Source: Pseudomonadota bacterium (GTDB lineage Bacteria > Pseudomonadota > Alphaproteobacteria > Thalassobaculales > Thalassobaculaceae). From it: a stretch of 25,291 nt of DNA. The stretch is taken from assembly GCA_027623845.1 (NCBI GenBank), contig JAQBUJ010000001.1, positions 1-25,291 on the forward strand, written 5' to 3'. Shown piece after piece: positions 23,925 through 25,291 of this stretch. The stretch's first letter is position 1. Each line of letters begins with the position of its first letter. The translations under genes were made by a program, and so were the position numbers. The notes under the pieces were generated by a model. It was not told where the DNA came from. It saw nothing but the letters and a program-made list of their open reading frames with translations, and did not search any database.

Positions 23925-25291
23925 GAATATCCCTCCGATCCTCTGGTACATCGTCGGCGCGGTCATCGCGTTGATCATTCCGAACGGCCGGTTCCGGGCC
24001 ACGGCAATGCTGCTAATCCCGATCGCCGGCATTTGGCAACTGCTGAACATCTCGCATGGCGATCACATCCAGATCGATTTCCTTGACTACACGCTGACCT
24101 TGTTTCGGGTCGACAAACTAAGCTTTGTGTTTGGTCTGATCTTCAACATCGCGGCCTTCTTGTCCCTGCTTTACGCTTGGCATGTCCGCGACCCGATACA
24201 GCAGGTGATGACAGTGCTTTACGCCGGCGCCGCGATTGGCGCGGTGTTCGCCGGCGACCTGATTTCGCTGTTCGTTTTTTGGGAGGCGACGGCCCTCACC
24301 TCGGTCTTTCTGATCTGGGCGCGCGGAACCGAGGGCGCCTACCACACCGGCATGCGTTACCTGATCATCCAGATCGGCTCCGGCGTGTTGTTGCTGGCTG
24401 GAACCCTGCTGCTGGTCACGCAAACCGGTTCGATCGCCTTTATCGACCGAGGCTTGGTGGATCTCGCCACCTTGCTGATCTTCATCGCTTTTGGCATCAA
24501 ATGCGCCTTTCCGTTCCTGCATAATTGGCTACAGGACGCCTATCCCGCTTCGACCGCGACCGGGACCGTCGTGCTCTCGGCCTTCACCACCAAGCTGGCG
24601 ATCTACGCGCTCGCCCGGGGGTATCCCGGGACCGAGATATTGATCTACATCGGCGCTGTCATGACGATCTTTCCGGTGTTTTTCGCCGCGATCGAAAACA
24701 ATCTGCGCAAGGTATTGGCCTATAGCCTGAACAACCAACTTGGCTTCATGGTGGTTGGCATTGGCATTGGCACGCCGTTAGCGTTGAACGGCACGGCGGC
24801 GCACGCCTTCGCGCATATCCTGTACAAGGCGCTGTTATTCATGAGCATGGGCGCCGTGCTGCATCGTACCGGCACCACCAAGGCCTCGGAGCTTGGCGGC
24901 CTATACCGGACCATGCCCTTGACCATGATCTTCTGTGTCGTTGGCGCCGCGTCGATCTCCGCTTTCCCTTTGTTCAGCGGCTTCATCTCGAAAAGCCTGA
25001 TCCAGAGCGCCGCGGCCAACGAAGGCTATATGGTGGTCTGGGTGGTCATGTTGATCGCCTCGGTCGGCGTTTTGGAACATTCCGGGATCAAGATTCCGTT
25101 CTTCACCTTCTTCGGCCATGACAGCGGCAAGCGCCCCAAGGAAGCGCCGTGGAATATGTTGTTGGCGATGTTCCTGACGGCGTCCCTCTGCGTTGGGCTG
25201 GGCGTTTACCCGGCGCCGCTCTATGCGATCCTGCCGTTCGACGTCGAGTACGAGCCCTATACGACCACCCATGTGGTCACCCAATTCCAGT
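23917..25291 (+). CDS. Antiporter-like subunit 3 (MrpD family), truncated by the window end
   Basis: Translated by hand from ATG 23917: MLENIPPILWYIVG...FRVDKLS...GDLISLFVFWEA...FGIKCAFPFLHNWLQDAYP...FTTKLAIY...KVLAYSLNNQLG...HAFAHILYKALLFM...SGFISKS. Open to base 25291; absent from the ORF track. Confidence 0.92.
   Translation, partial: MLENIPPILWYIVGAVIALIIPNGRFRATAMLLIPIAGIWQLLNISHGDHIQIDFLDYTLTLFRVDKLSFVFGLIFNIAAFLSLLYAWHVRDPIQQVMTVLYAGAAIGAVFAGDLISLFVFWEATALTSVFLIWARGTEGAYHTGMRYLIIQIGSGVLLLAGTLLLVTQTGSIAFIDRGLVDLATLLIFIAFGIKCAFPFLHNWLQDAYPASTATGTVVLSAFTTKLAIYALARGYPGTEILIYIGAVMTIFPVFFAAIENNLRKVLAYSLNNQLGFMVVGIGIGTPLALNGTAAHAFAHILYKALLFMSMGAVLHRTGTTKASELGGLYRTMPLTMIFCVVGAASISAFPLFSGFISKSLIQSAAANEGYMVVWVVMLIASVGVLEHSGIKIPFFTFFGHDSGKRPKEAPWNMLLAMFLTASLCVGLGVYPAPLYAILPFDVEYEPYTTTHVVTQFQ

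Overview
GC-rich alphaproteobacterial chromosomal window (Rhodospirillales-like by protein sequences and gene order). It is densely packed with core genes, and I see no phage, transposase, CRISPR, rRNA or tRNA. Left 14.6 kb, all on the minus strand in transcription order: CcsA/YpjD-like membrane protein, dusB (nifR3), ntrB, ntrC, ntrY, ntrX, trkA, D-amino acid aminotransferase, HAD phosphatase, hfq, hflX, then a CIRCE element, groES and groEL (truncated at base 1). A divergent plus-strand ispDF-pgpA-cinA unit follows, with a very AT-rich stem-loop at the pgpA/cinA junction, converging on a lone 2-methylisocitrate lyase gene (prpB). The right 7.3 kb is an atypical Mrp/Mnh cation:proton antiporter operon: E, F, G, split B-like, B, C, D, D/A-like, a small unknown membrane protein, and a third D-like subunit truncated at the window end. 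The most interesting items are this three-pump Mrp with an extra uncharacterised subunit and several regulatory elements read from the DNA: a two-way sigma54-like palindrome, a leaderless/bidirectional promoter, an RpoH-like promoter that could link hfq-hflX to groESL, and an NtrC box. All product calls come from motif recognition, not database searches.
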